Shown: positions 18,333 to 27,207 of the stretch, in pieces | How positions within the stretch are numbered: the first letter of the stretch is position 1 | Layout of the letters: each line of letters begins with the position of its first letter | NCBI GenBank assembly: GCA_024276125.1 | Contig: JAJRXT010000100.1 | Coordinates: 45,329 to 109,328 of the forward strand | Origin: a bacterium | GTDB lineage: Bacteria; SZUA-182; SZUA-191; JAJRXT01 | DNA: 64,000 bases | Reading direction: 5' to 3' | Notes under the pieces: model-generated | Databases searched by the model: none | What the model saw: the letters and a program-made list of their open reading frames with translations, nothing else | What the model was told of the DNA's origin: nothing | Translations under genes and position numbers: made by a program

Positions 18333-19229
18333 ATGAACATAGCCGATTATATTAAACTTTACTTGGATTACCTAAAAGATGCCCGACAGGCTTCAGCTCA
18401 TACGGTAAAAAGCTACCGCACGGATTTAGCGCAGTTTTTTTATTTTATAGACCAAAGAGAACCTGATATAAACATTACCAAGTTAAAGCTAATCCACCTG
18501 CGCAGCTATTTAAACCATATGAAACAGCGCGAATTAAAGCGTTCCTCAATTGCCAGAAAGTTGGGAGCGCTCCGCTCTTTTTTCAAGTTTATGTGCCGGC
18601 TGGGATATCTTAAAGAAAATCCCGCCAGACTTATATCTACGCCCAAACAGGAACGCCGCCTTATGCTGCCGCTTTCTGTAGATGAGATATTTTGTTTGTT
18701 AAATGATACTTTATATACGGGGAAGTTTGCCCTGCGCAATAATGCTATAATGGAACTGCTATATGCTGCCGGTATCAGAGTAAGCGAGCTTACCGGACTT
18801 AATGTTGAAGACATAAATTGGCCGGACAACTCGTTACTGATTAGGGGAAAAGGCAGGAAAGAAAGAATGGTTCCTATTGGTAAAAAAGCGCAAAGCGCCT
18901 TAAAAAGGTATTTGGGGAATGACAGATTAACCGTAACCGGAGCCTCAGCCAAGCTGCCCCTGTTTTTAAATAAATACAGCCAAAGGCTGTCTGATAGAAG
19001 CATCAGGCGTATTGTAGAAAAATATGTAAAACTTGCGGCAATAAGCAAAAATATCAGCCCGCACAGCCTGCGGCACGCCTTTGCCACTCACCTGTTGGAC
19101 GGCGGGGCAGGTATCCGCGATATACAAGAACTCCTAGGGCACGCCAGTTTGTCCACCACCCAAAAATATACCCATATAAGTATTGCCAAGATAATGGAAA
19201 TATACGATAAAACTCATCCCCGGGCGTGA
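18333..19229 (+). CDS. xerC: tyrosine recombinase XerC/XerD family
   Basis: 298 aa. N-terminal SAM-like domain, catalytic R...HxLRHAFATHLL...Y signature. Ends with TGA at 19227-19229. Confidence 0.8.
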   Translation: MNIADYIKLYLDYLKDARQASAHTVKSYRTDLAQFFYFIDQREPDINITKLKLIHLRSYLNHMKQRELKRSSIARKLGALRSFFKFMCRLGYLKENPARLISTPKQERRLMLPLSVDEIFCLLNDTLYTGKFALRNNAIMELLYAAGIRVSELTGLNVEDINWPDNSLLIRGKGRKERMVPIGKKAQSALKRYLGNDRLTVTGASAKLPLFLNKYSQRLSDRSIRRIVEKYVKLAAISKNISPHSLRHAFATHLLDGGAGIRDIQELLGHASLSTTQKYTHISIAKIMEIYDKTHPRA

Positions 19230-19260
19230 AGATGGCGAACTCATAAAATTAACAAAAAAA

Positions 19261-19473
19261 TCATCCTATATTATATTTTTTGATTATTACTTCCGAACCA
19301 TTTTCTACTTTAACTCTATTTATTATATTATTAGAAAATGAATTATTTTTTAAATATGAATAGGCATGCTTGTTAATAACAATACAGCTACATCCGTCAA
19401 CCATACATCTTTTAACTTTTCTATAGGCATCATAGCCAACAGTATATTGGTTACACTTAGGACATTTTTCCAT
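19261..19473 (-). CDS. small zinc-ribbon protein (hypothetical)
   Basis: 70 aa, CPKC...C..C motif. Overlaps the end of the deaminase ORF by 17 nt. AT-rich. Confidence 0.35.
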   Translation of the reverse strand: MEKCPKCNQYTVGYDAYRKVKRCMVDGCSCIVINKHAYSYLKNNSFSNNIINRVKVENGSEVIIKKYNIG

Positions 19474-20380
19474 TATTTTCTCCCGTTAACTTATTTAAAT
19501 CCTTTAACTTTTGAGATGCAGAGCTTTTTATATACCTGCCCCTATGCCTGAATATCCAATTAAATGACAATGACTTAACTCCTTCAAATATCTTTATTTC
19601 TATAGCATTATCAAACAATATCTCATAGGCTTCTTTAACTGGATACGGTTCAACAAAAACCACTTTCCTTATCCCTGCATTTACAATTTTCTTTGCACAT
19701 AGCATACAAGGAAATGTCGTTGTAAAAATTATTGTATTTCCACCATTACCAAAATACGGATTAGCTAAAATGGCATTTTCTTCAGCATGAAGTGAGCGAC
19801 AAAGGTCTAATTTTTTGTTTTGCGGTAACAATTCTAGCAAATTTCTCTTGCACTTATTACAATTGAGCGGTTTGCTTGCTTCCGCGTAAGATATTTTATT
19901 TCCGCACAAAGGACAAAAATTCCAGTGAGTTAATTCAAAACTTGCTATTTCTTTTCTCTTTCTGAAACATTGACTATATAACTCATAGCATGACTCGCTG
20001 TTTCGAGGTGGAGCATTGTATCCAGCAGACAATATACAATAATTAACATCAGTAATTACAGCGCCTACTTGTCTTTGAATACATGAAGAATGAAGGCTGT
20101 AAGAATATGCCAAGTGCATAATCATTTCCTCTTCATCCGGCGCTCTATATGGTTCTTTTAGCAATCGTATATAATTATAAAGCTTGCTAAAAAACTGAAA
20201 AGCACTGTCAAGAGTATTCCAATGTGTTGAATTGTCAATTACTATATCAGCTTGGTTTACACATTTTCTCCCCTTTATCTCGTTTATCAGCCAGTTCAAA
20301 TCCTTTTTCGCTATTTTTTCGTCGTTGCCTTTCTTCTTTTGGTGCATATACGGCAAGTAAATAAAAATGAGAATATTCAT
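19457..20380 (-). CDS. CMP/dCMP-type zinc deaminase domain (C-terminal part of a frameshifted kinase-deaminase gene)
   Basis: HAEENAI and PCMLCAKKI zinc-binding motifs, with a CxxC...CxxC insert. The upstream part of the ORF overlaps the kinase ORF in another frame. Confidence 0.7.
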   Translation of the reverse strand: MNILIFIYLPYMHQKKKGNDEKIAKKDLNWLINEIKGRKCVNQADIVIDNSTHWNTLDSAFQFFSKLYNYIRLLKEPYRAPDEEEMIMHLAYSYSLHSSCIQRQVGAVITDVNYCILSAGYNAPPRNSESCYELYSQCFRKRKEIASFELTHWNFCPLCGNKISYAEASKPLNCNKCKRNLLELLPQNKKLDLCRSLHAEENAILANPYFGNGGNTIIFTTTFPCMLCAKKIVNAGIRKVVFVEPYPVKEAYEILFDNAIEIKIFEGVKSLSFNWIFRHRGRYIKSSASQKLKDLNKLTGENNGKMS

Positions 20381-20687
20381 TTCTTAACATATCAATTTCT
20401 ATAGGATTTCTAAAACATTCTATTACAATAGGCTCATTCTTATTTTCTATTAATCCAAGAAGCTTTGTTTTGTAATCTTTACGCAATTCGTTATTTTCTC
20501 TGACCTTATTACCAAAATTCTGTTTTTCTTCTATTGAATCAAATTGGTCATCTTTTTGTGCTAAAGGCTTAAGTATATCTTGGCTAATAGATATCCTATT
20601 ATATCCGTGTTCCTTTTCTAAATGTTTTGCAATAGTTGTGCAACCGCTTCCTAATGATCCTGTTAAACCTATAATAAATTTAGACAT
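20247..20687 (-). CDS. P-loop nucleotide-kinase-like domain (N-terminal part of a frameshifted kinase-deaminase gene)
   Basis: GLTGSLGSGCTT Walker-A-like loop (Cys where Lys is expected). The frame switches to the deaminase ORF near the T4 run at 20264-20267. Confidence 0.65.
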   Translation of the reverse strand: MSKFIIGLTGSLGSGCTTIAKHLEKEHGYNRISISQDILKPLAQKDDQFDSIEEKQNFGNKVRENNELRKDYKTKLLGLIENKNEPIVIECFRNPIEIDMLRNEYSHFYLLAVYAPKEERQRRKNSEKGFELADKRDKGEKMCKPS

Positions 20688-20740
20688 AAATTTGTTATAT
20701 CCAATTAGACATATTATATTGTTTGTTCTTTTATTGAACC

Positions 20741-21364
20741 CTAATGTCCGCGGACAATATCCTTAACCTTCATCAGCCGGGTCAGATTAGAGCGTTCCAG
20801 TTCCTCCAGCCGCATGGTTATACTTTTAACCCCTTCTTGTAAGCTTGGAATAAGTACATACTCCAAGGCATTAACCCTGCGGCGGGTTTTTTCAATCTCA
20901 CCGGCTAAAAGCTCAATACTTTTTTCTTTTGCAGCTACTTCTACCATTAAGGGCAGGGCTTTGGCAAATAAATTAAAGGAATCATCCAGCTCAATAGCGG
21001 TTTCAGCAAAACCGTAATGATAAAGATCAATATCTTTATTAACCGAAAGATCGGGAACCTCAATATTCATAATAGTTTTTTTACCGGCTGTAATCTGAAT
21101 TAAATCTTTAGGGACAATTAAGGCTTCTTCTATGTTTGCAGGCGGCATAACCGCTCTGGCCAATAAAAATCCGCTTAAGGCATCAGCTATGGCTTGTTCC
21201 ATTTGGTCTCTTAGTCCTTTATAATCCTTTATCAGCTCCAAAAACCGCCGCATTAACTCATCAAATTTGTCTTTTAACAATTTATGACCGCGTTTGGCTA
21301 ATGCTGTCCGTTTTTTTAATTTCAAAAGCTGCATTCTGGTTGCGCTGTATTGAATTTTAGCCAT
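20741..21364 (-). CDS. ntpD: V-type ATP synthase subunit D
   Basis: 207 aa. MAKIQYSATRMQLLKLKKRTALAKRGHKLLKDKFDELM is the canonical V/A-ATPase D N-terminus. No A/B subunit genes are adjacent. Confidence 0.8.
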   Translation of the reverse strand: MAKIQYSATRMQLLKLKKRTALAKRGHKLLKDKFDELMRRFLELIKDYKGLRDQMEQAIADALSGFLLARAVMPPANIEEALIVPKDLIQITAGKKTIMNIEVPDLSVNKDIDLYHYGFAETAIELDDSFNLFAKALPLMVEVAAKEKSIELLAGEIEKTRRRVNALEYVLIPSLQEGVKSITMRLEELERSNLTRLMKVKDIVRGH

Positions 21365-21383
21365 ATTTTAAAGATTCCTTTTC

Positions 21384-22787
21384 TTAAGGCATTACCTCAA
21401 TAATCCTTACCCTTCCGCCATATTCTTCTATTTTACTGTGATTAAGTCTGTATTCCCGACCTATACCCTTACCTATAACAACTATATGCGGTGTTATAAG
21501 GTTGATTATTTCCTGCGGATTCTCTTTTTCATGTATAAATACAAAATTAACACAATCAAGAGCGGATATTATATGCGCCCGTTCCTGGGCCGAAATGGAG
21601 CATGATTTTTTCGTCTCAACATAATTGTTTATTCCGACGATTAGAACATCGCCCAATTTCCTGGCTCTTTGCAGCAGGTTTACATGAGCAGACTGCAAGC
21701 AGTCAAATCTCTCGGATATAAATACAGTCGTTTTATTCTTTATACGGCAGTTGGTTATAATTTCTTTTATTTCATTGGGCGATTTTATTTTGTGATGAGA
21801 GCTATGTTGTTCTTCTGCTGCATAGTGCAGGATTTCCTCTTTATTGGTAGTAGCCACTCCCACTTTACCAACTACGATACCAGCGGCTAAATTAGCTAAA
21901 GCGGCGCTTTGATAAAAATATAATCCAGAACAAATACCTAGTCCCAACATAGCGGAAACTGTATCTCCGGCGCCGGCTACATCATATACTTCACGCGCCC
22001 TAGTGGGAATATGACAGGCGCTTTTGCCTTGCTCAAGCAGAGTAAGACCGTCTTTTCCCCTGGTTATTAATACCGCCTCTAATTTTAGCAAATCAAGCAG
22101 AATGCTGGCCGCCTTCAGTACGTCCGTATCGCTGTTTAGTTCAAGCTGCGTGGCATAGCTGGCCTCTTTGAGATTGGGTGTAATTATACTGGCGCCCCTA
22201 TATTTAGTAAAATCCAAACCTTTAGGATCAATAATAACCGGCCTATTATACTGTTTACCCAATGCAATAATTTGTTTTAAAATATTTTTGGTGACTACGC
22301 CTTTTAGATAGTCGGATATTATAATCCCTGCAAATTTTTCTATATTATCTATAACATATTGAATAATGCGTTTTTCCCAAGATAAAGCAATGGGATGACG
22401 GTTTTCCCTGTCTATACGCAAAACCTGCTGTGATAGGGCAAGTATTCGTGTTTTCTTTATGGTAAGACGTGACGGGTCATTAAAGAGTCCGTCAGTATTT
22501 ACCCCCAATTTTTCAAATTTACTTTTAAGTAAATGGGCATTTGTACCATCGCCTATTACACTTGCAATATATACGCTGGCGCCTAAACTGACTAAATTAT
22601 TAACTACATTACCCGCCCCGCCCAAGGCATAGGCTTCACGCTTTACATTTACAATCTGTACAGGCGCCTCAGGAGAAATACGTTCTACCTCGCCCCACAG
22701 ATACTCATCAATCATCAGATCGCCTATTACCAAAACATTGGGAACTCCAATTTTATTTAGACAACCTTCCACCTCTTCATAGGTCAT
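21384..22787 (-). CDS. hldE: bifunctional heptose-7-phosphate kinase / heptose-1-phosphate adenylyltransferase
   Basis: 467 aa. RfaE domain I (VLVIGDLMIDEYLWGEVERISPEAPV) plus a cytidylyltransferase-like domain II with an atypical FDCLQSAH motif. Confidence 0.8.
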   Translation of the reverse strand: MTYEEVEGCLNKIGVPNVLVIGDLMIDEYLWGEVERISPEAPVQIVNVKREAYALGGAGNVVNNLVSLGASVYIASVIGDGTNAHLLKSKFEKLGVNTDGLFNDPSRLTIKKTRILALSQQVLRIDRENRHPIALSWEKRIIQYVIDNIEKFAGIIISDYLKGVVTKNILKQIIALGKQYNRPVIIDPKGLDFTKYRGASIITPNLKEASYATQLELNSDTDVLKAASILLDLLKLEAVLITRGKDGLTLLEQGKSACHIPTRAREVYDVAGAGDTVSAMLGLGICSGLYFYQSAALANLAAGIVVGKVGVATTNKEEILHYAAEEQHSSHHKIKSPNEIKEIITNCRIKNKTTVFISERFDCLQSAHVNLLQRARKLGDVLIVGINNYVETKKSCSISAQERAHIISALDCVNFVFIHEKENPQEIINLITPHIVVIGKGIGREYRLNHSKIEEYGGRVRIIEVMP

Positions 22788-22822
22788 AAATGCAATATCT
22801 CCTGATAACTAATTATTGAACT

Positions 22823-22881
22823 GTAGGGGCGGCGGCTTGTCCCCGCCCGAGGATGCGGGAGGGGATAAACCCCTCCCCTAC
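22823..22881. repeat. GTAG...CTAC palindrome doublet (Family-C variant)
   Basis: GTAGGGGCGG...CCCCGCCC and GGGAGGGGATAAACCCCTCCCCTAC. Confidence 0.65.
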
Positions 22882-22894
22882 TGGAATTTTCTAT

Positions 22895-22959
22895 GTTTCG
22901 GGGCGTCTCACCCAAAAACGCGCCTGCGGTGAGCAAATCGTTTCGGCCTCAGAATGACA
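22895..22959. repeat. Family-B doublet truncated and fused to a Family-A right terminus (A fragment 11)
   Basis: The first hairpin is complete. The second stops after GTTTCGG (22940-22946) and continues as GGCCTCAGAATGACA. Confidence 0.75.
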
Positions 22960-23005
22960 AGCATAAAACCTATTATAAAAACATAGATTTGTTGGGTTTC
23001 GTACC

Positions 23006-23680
23006 TTAACCTACTGTATTCTTACCGTTTTCACGGGTTGTTCTTATAGGTGTTATTCGATTTAGCCGCGCCAGACTGATAACCCCTTCCCTAATCAAGA
23101 GGGGCGGGGTAACGCTTACATCCAAGACAGTAGATTCATTTTTACTGCCGGCAGGACCGCCGTCAATAATCAGATCAATATTTTTACCAAAATATTTAAG
23201 CGCTTGTTGGGCGGTAAGCGAGCTGGGTTGTCCCGAAGGATTGGCGCTGGATGCAGTAATGGGAATTTTAGCCAGTTGGCTTAATTTACGCACTAAAGCG
23301 CTGTCAGGCAGGCGAATACCTATTTTATATGATTCGCCGATTTTAAAATTGGCTATCTCTTTAGACGTTTTAAAAATTAGGGTTAATGCTCCCGGCCATA
23401 ATTCAGCCGTCAATTTTTTAGCGGCGTCTGAGATATCTGTCGTCAACTCATCTAATTGTTGTTTTTCACTGATTAAAATAAGCAATGGTTTTAAAGGGTC
23501 TCTTTGCTTTACTTTAAATACCTTACTTACAGCCTCATCATCAAATGGATTGACGCCAAGTCCATAAGTAGTATCAGTAGGGAAAACAATTATTCCCCCA
23601 GCTAAAATTATATCTACCGCTTTTTGCAATAAATGAGGCTGGGGGGCGCTAGGGTCGACTTCAATAGTTTTTGCTTGCAA
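23006..23680 (-). CDS. tsaC: L-threonylcarbamoyladenylate synthase (Sua5/YrdC/YwlC family)
   Basis: 224 aa. GGIIVFPTDTTYGLGVNPFD motif. Confidence 0.8.
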   Translation of the reverse strand: MQAKTIEVDPSAPQPHLLQKAVDIILAGGIIVFPTDTTYGLGVNPFDDEAVSKVFKVKQRDPLKPLLILISEKQQLDELTTDISDAAKKLTAELWPGALTLIFKTSKEIANFKIGESYKIGIRLPDSALVRKLSQLAKIPITASSANPSGQPSSLTAQQALKYFGKNIDLIIDGGPAGSKNESTVLDVSVTPPLLIREGVISLARLNRITPIRTTRENGKNTVG

Positions 23681-23681
23681 C

Positions 23682-24182
23682 TTATTTTAGTACCTTTGTT
23701 GCTTCCGTAATGGAAAAAGCTATGTTTTCCTCCATCACTTGTTTAAGCCGTTTAAGCTTGTCCTTAAGATAGAGGTGTTTTTGCGATAATATTTGTGCCG
23801 AAAAGATAGCCGCATTGATTGCCCCGGCCCTATCCATAGACATAGTAGCCACCGGTACGCCTCTGGGCATTTGACAAATGGACAGCAGAGAGTCCCATCC
23901 GGTTAAAGCTGAAGAAGATATAGGCACGCCAAGAACCGGCAGGCAGGTATGTGCGGCTATAATCCCAGGTAGGTGGGCGGCAGCGCCGGCGCCGGCAATA
24001 ATTACTTCAAGACCGTCTTTCTCTGAGCTTTTGGCGAAGTTGACGGTTTTCTCAGTGGAACGATGAGCAGATAATATGTGCACTTGGCAGTCTATATTAA
24101 ACGCCGCAAGTAATGCTCTTGACTCCTCAAAAAAATGAAGGTCTGATTTACTTCCTAATACAATTGCGATTTTAGGTTGCAT
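23682..24182 (-). CDS. purE: 5-(carboxyamino)imidazole ribonucleotide mutase
   Basis: 166 aa. IVLGSKSDL...SAHR...IIAGAGAAAHLPG motifs. Confidence 0.85.
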   Translation of the reverse strand: MQPKIAIVLGSKSDLHFFEESRALLAAFNIDCQVHILSAHRSTEKTVNFAKSSEKDGLEVIIAGAGAAAHLPGIIAAHTCLPVLGVPISSSALTGWDSLLSICQMPRGVPVATMSMDRAGAINAAIFSAQILSQKHLYLKDKLKRLKQVMEENIAFSITEATKVLK

Positions 24183-24267
24183 AAATATTATTATACCCTA
24201 TTTTTAATAAGTTGGTCAAATAAAATGAATGTTTTTTTTTTAAACAGAAAATACCATTCTATCCCTT

Positions 24268-24322
24268 TGTCGCCACGGGTTTTTAAACCCGCACATTAGC
24301 CGGCCTAAAGGTCGGCGCTTAC
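24268..24322. repeat. Family-C doublet, degenerate
   Basis: CGGGTTTTTAAACCCG and GCCGGCCTAAAGGTCGGC hairpins. The GTAG/CTAC heads are mutated. Confidence 0.6.
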
Positions 24323-24374
24323 AAAAGATAGTCCGCATCAAAGATGCGATATGTTCAATAAACCGATCGCTGCA

Positions 24375-25100
24375 CTATTCCCAATTATCGCCCATAGTGC
24401 AATCTTCAATTGTACAGCACAACTGATTTTTTGGGCTTCTTTTCCTATGATGATATCTTTCTATCGTAAGCAGCGAGTAGGGGCATTTCATACATTTATC
24501 CTGATACAAATAACTTATATATTGAAGCGAAACTTGAGATATGGACTGCGCATCCCAATAATTAATCGGCTGACCGGGAATTATCGTCTTTAGCTTGGAA
24601 CAAGAAGAAATGGTAACTATACCCCTTTCATCTATATGAAAATGACCGCTTCCAGATACTGTATCCTCATCATGAAAATTCAACTCATCCTGAGTATCTT
24701 TATCAATAAGTACATATACATAGTCTTCAAAAAAGGTGTTGTCAATCAGGCATTCCTTATACACCAAAGTAAAACCGACAAACGTATAAAACAATGTACC
24801 TTCCAAAAAAGATATTTCAAACCTCGGCATCACTCGCTGAACCACCCCTACAAAACTATTTCTCAGCCTGTTGCTTCTGGTATTAGCCCATTTATAAAAC
24901 AGCTTGCACTCTTTTAGAAATTCCTTATATTCCCTCATGTTAATGGTAAGATTCGGCACCATTTTCTTTATATTATGATCAATACAGCCCTGCGGAAAAC
25001 ACTTGCGTTTAAATACATGCCAATAACGTACATTACCGTTGGTTAACTTATATTTGGGATGAGGACAGTTAAAAACAACTGATTTTAAATAGTTTATCAA
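24375..25100 (-). CDS. hypothetical Cys-rich protein, no recognisable family
   Basis: 241-aa ORF, AT-rich. Cys/His clusters at both ends (CPHP...C..GC.DH and C.KCP...CC..EDC). Confidence 0.5.
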   Translation of the reverse strand: MINYLKSVVFNCPHPKYKLTNGNVRYWHVFKRKCFPQGCIDHNIKKMVPNLTINMREYKEFLKECKLFYKWANTRSNRLRNSFVGVVQRVMPRFEISFLEGTLFYTFVGFTLVYKECLIDNTFFEDYVYVLIDKDTQDELNFHDEDTVSGSGHFHIDERGIVTISSCSKLKTIIPGQPINYWDAQSISQVSLQYISYLYQDKCMKCPYSLLTIERYHHRKRSPKNQLCCTIEDCTMGDNWE

Positions 25101-25121
25101 TTCTTAGCTCCAAGATAAGCC

Positions 25122-25874
25122 TTATCTGGCTATCAGCGACAACAAAAACAGTAACACCAAAACTTCCATTATTTCGTTTACAGCGCCAAGCGTATCTCCC
25201 GTTATTCCGTTTATTTTTTTATTAATACCATATGCCATAGCCATAGCCGTAAAAAAAGCCAGCAGAATAAGCCATACGCCTTTAATATCTATTAATAAAA
25301 CAGTAAGAAAAATAGGGACAATACCGGCATACATAAAATTTCGCATACTGGTCTGCTCAGAAAATATCCGGCCAAGCCCGATTTCTTCCCTGGCGTATTT
25401 GTACTTGGCGGCGGAATACAGCATACACCAGCGTGATAACACCGGCATTATGAGCAACGCTATATTTCTATTTTTATAATCAAAAGCATTAATAGAAAAA
25501 ACTTTCAACAAAAGCAGGCAGAATACAGTCACCACACCCATACTGCCGACTTGCGTATCCCGCATTATTTTTAAAGTATGCTCGGGATTCCGGCCGGCAT
25601 AAAAACCGTCTACAGTATCTATAAAACCGTCTAAATGAAGCGCGCCGGTTAAAAATGCCAGCAGCGTAACTAAAAGAATACTTACTATAATCTCAGGCAA
25701 TAGCGGAGTAAGCAGCATATTTACGCCTACCAGCAAAAGCCCTATAAGTAAACCAACTACCGGAAACCAGACTCCGCTTGCGCCGATATCTTCGGCGCTG
25801 GCATTAAGATTACTCTTTACTGTGATCTTGGTTAAAAATTGCAGCGCCAGTAAAAATTTTTTTATATGCTTCAT
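25122..25874 (-). CDS. cobS: adenosylcobinamide-GDP ribazoletransferase (cobalamin synthase)
   Basis: 250 aa, polytopic. LHLDGFIDTVDG motif. Confidence 0.8.
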   Translation of the reverse strand: MKHIKKFLLALQFLTKITVKSNLNASAEDIGASGVWFPVVGLLIGLLLVGVNMLLTPLLPEIIVSILLVTLLAFLTGALHLDGFIDTVDGFYAGRNPEHTLKIMRDTQVGSMGVVTVFCLLLLKVFSINAFDYKNRNIALLIMPVLSRWCMLYSAAKYKYAREEIGLGRIFSEQTSMRNFMYAGIVPIFLTVLLIDIKGVWLILLAFFTAMAMAYGINKKINGITGDTLGAVNEIMEVLVLLFLLSLIAR

Positions 25875-26638
25875 TTAGAGTCCCGGGCGCAGCGAAAACC
25901 TATACCATTATATCTTACCAGAGGATGAGAGTCATAACGATTGGTAACAGTAACCTGCGCCGGCAGATCAAACCAGCCTCCGCCTCTTATTACCCGCGAA
26001 TCGCCCAAAGACTGTCCCTTAGGATTACGCTGCGGGGACAGGTGATAATAATTTTCTGAATACCAGTCAGCGCACCACTCCCACACATTACCGCTCATAT
26101 CATATGCCCCATATGGGCTTACGCCTTTAGGATAACTGCCTACAGGCGCAGGTTTTGCCAGATCGCTCGCATTGCTGTTGGCATTTGCACTTATCCATTT
26201 TTGCCCCCATGCAAACAACCGGCCGTCTGTACCGCGGGCGGCTTTTTCCCATTCGGCCTCAGTCGGCAGTCTTTTTTTTACCCACTTACAATAGCTTGCA
26301 GCATCATCCCAAGATATACATACTACCGGTTGATTCGGTTTATTAAACATTGGATTATCCGCACAATAAGATTTTCTAGCTTTTGCAGCCTTTACAAATT
26401 TATTATATTGGGAATTGGATACTTCATATTTATCTATATAAAAAGCGTCCAAATAGACCTCATGTACAGGCTCCTCATCCTTATCGCCTATTTTGCTGCC
26501 CATTATAAATTTACCCTCAGGCACTAATACCATATCAGCCGGAGCTTTAGCGCAAACAACGTCTAAAGGCAAAAAAATAAGTACGGCTATGGCACAAAAA
26601 ATCCAGCTTGCAAAATTAGTGATAATACGATGATTCAT
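25871..26638 (-). CDS. formylglycine-generating enzyme (SUMF1) family protein, secreted
   Basis: 255 aa. Signal peptide, then [29 protein letters not shown] and RGGGW motifs. Confidence 0.8.
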   Translation of the reverse strand: MNHRIITNFASWIFCAIAVLIFLPLDVVCAKAPADMVLVPEGKFIMGSKIGDKDEEPVHEVYLDAFYIDKYEVSNSQYNKFVKAAKARKSYCADNPMFNKPNQPVVCISWDDAASYCKWVKKRLPTEAEWEKAARGTDGRLFAWGQKWISANANSNASDLAKPAPVGSYPKGVSPYGAYDMSGNVWEWCADWYSENYYHLSPQRNPKGQSLGDSRVIRGGGWFDLPAQVTVTNRYDSHPLVRYNGIGFRCARDSK

Positions 26639-26663
26639 ATAGTAAGTCCCATTTTTTTTATTT

Positions 26664-26718
26664 GTAGCCGCGGGTTTTTAAACCCGCCCTCATGGCTGAC
26701 CTAAAGGTCAGCAGCTAC
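26664..26718. repeat. Family-C GTAG-headed doublet (REPIN-like)
   Basis: GTAGCCGCGGGTTTTTAAACCCGC...GCTGACCTAAAGGTCAGCAGCTAC. Confidence 0.8.
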
Positions 26719-26742
26719 TATAATGAAAAGCTCTTTTTAGCC

Positions 26743-26822
26743 AGTCATTCTTAAGGCCGGAGGCCGAAGAATCTCTCAGCCTACGAAGGTAGATTCTTCA
26801 CTCCGTTTTGTTCAGAATGACT
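26743..26822 (+). repeat. Family-A nested palindrome, copy 12
   Basis: AGTCATTCTTAAGGCCGGAGGCCGAAGAATCT...TTCAGAATGACT; slightly degenerate termini. Confidence 0.85.
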
Positions 26823-26909
26823 GCTAATAAAATTAAACAGCTTTGGTTTCGCAAGATAATTCTAGCAGCCATTTAATTTATTAAACTGTAGGGGCTGCTG
26901 ATTGTTTAT

Positions 26910-26979
26910 GTTTCGGGATGTCTCATCCCAAAACACCCGGCCGGTAAACAATTTATTTCGGGGTGAGACATCCCGAAAC
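26910..26979. repeat. Family-B hairpin doublet (B1)
   Basis: GTTTCGGGATGTCTCATCCCAAAAC, a 20-nt linker, then ATTTCGGGGTGAGACATCCCGAAAC. Confidence 0.85.
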
Positions 26980-27018
26980 ATAAAAACATCTAGGCAAAAA
27001 AACTTACACAATACCGCT

Positions 27019-27160
27019 GTAGGGTGGATTAAGGGGCTTTATATAACAGGCATTCTTACATATTTGAAGGACAAGAAACTACACAGGATTACCCCGAATC
27101 CACCACACCTAACGGTAAACAATTGTGGTGGAACCAGGCTTCGCCTTTGTTCCACCCTAC
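27019..27160. repeat. 142-bp element with GTAGGGTGGA / TCCACCCTAC terminal inverted repeats
   Basis: The 10-bp termini are exact reverse complements. The interior is non-coding. Confidence 0.6.
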
Positions 27161-27167
27161 GGTTTAT

Positions 27168-27192
27168 GTTTCGGGGTGTCTCACCCCGAAAC
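27168..27192. repeat. Family-B hairpin, single
   Basis: GTTTCGGGGTGTCTCACCCCGAAAC, about 15 nt downstream of the proS stop. Confidence 0.85.
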
Positions 27193-27207
27193 ATAAAACA
27201 TATAAAA

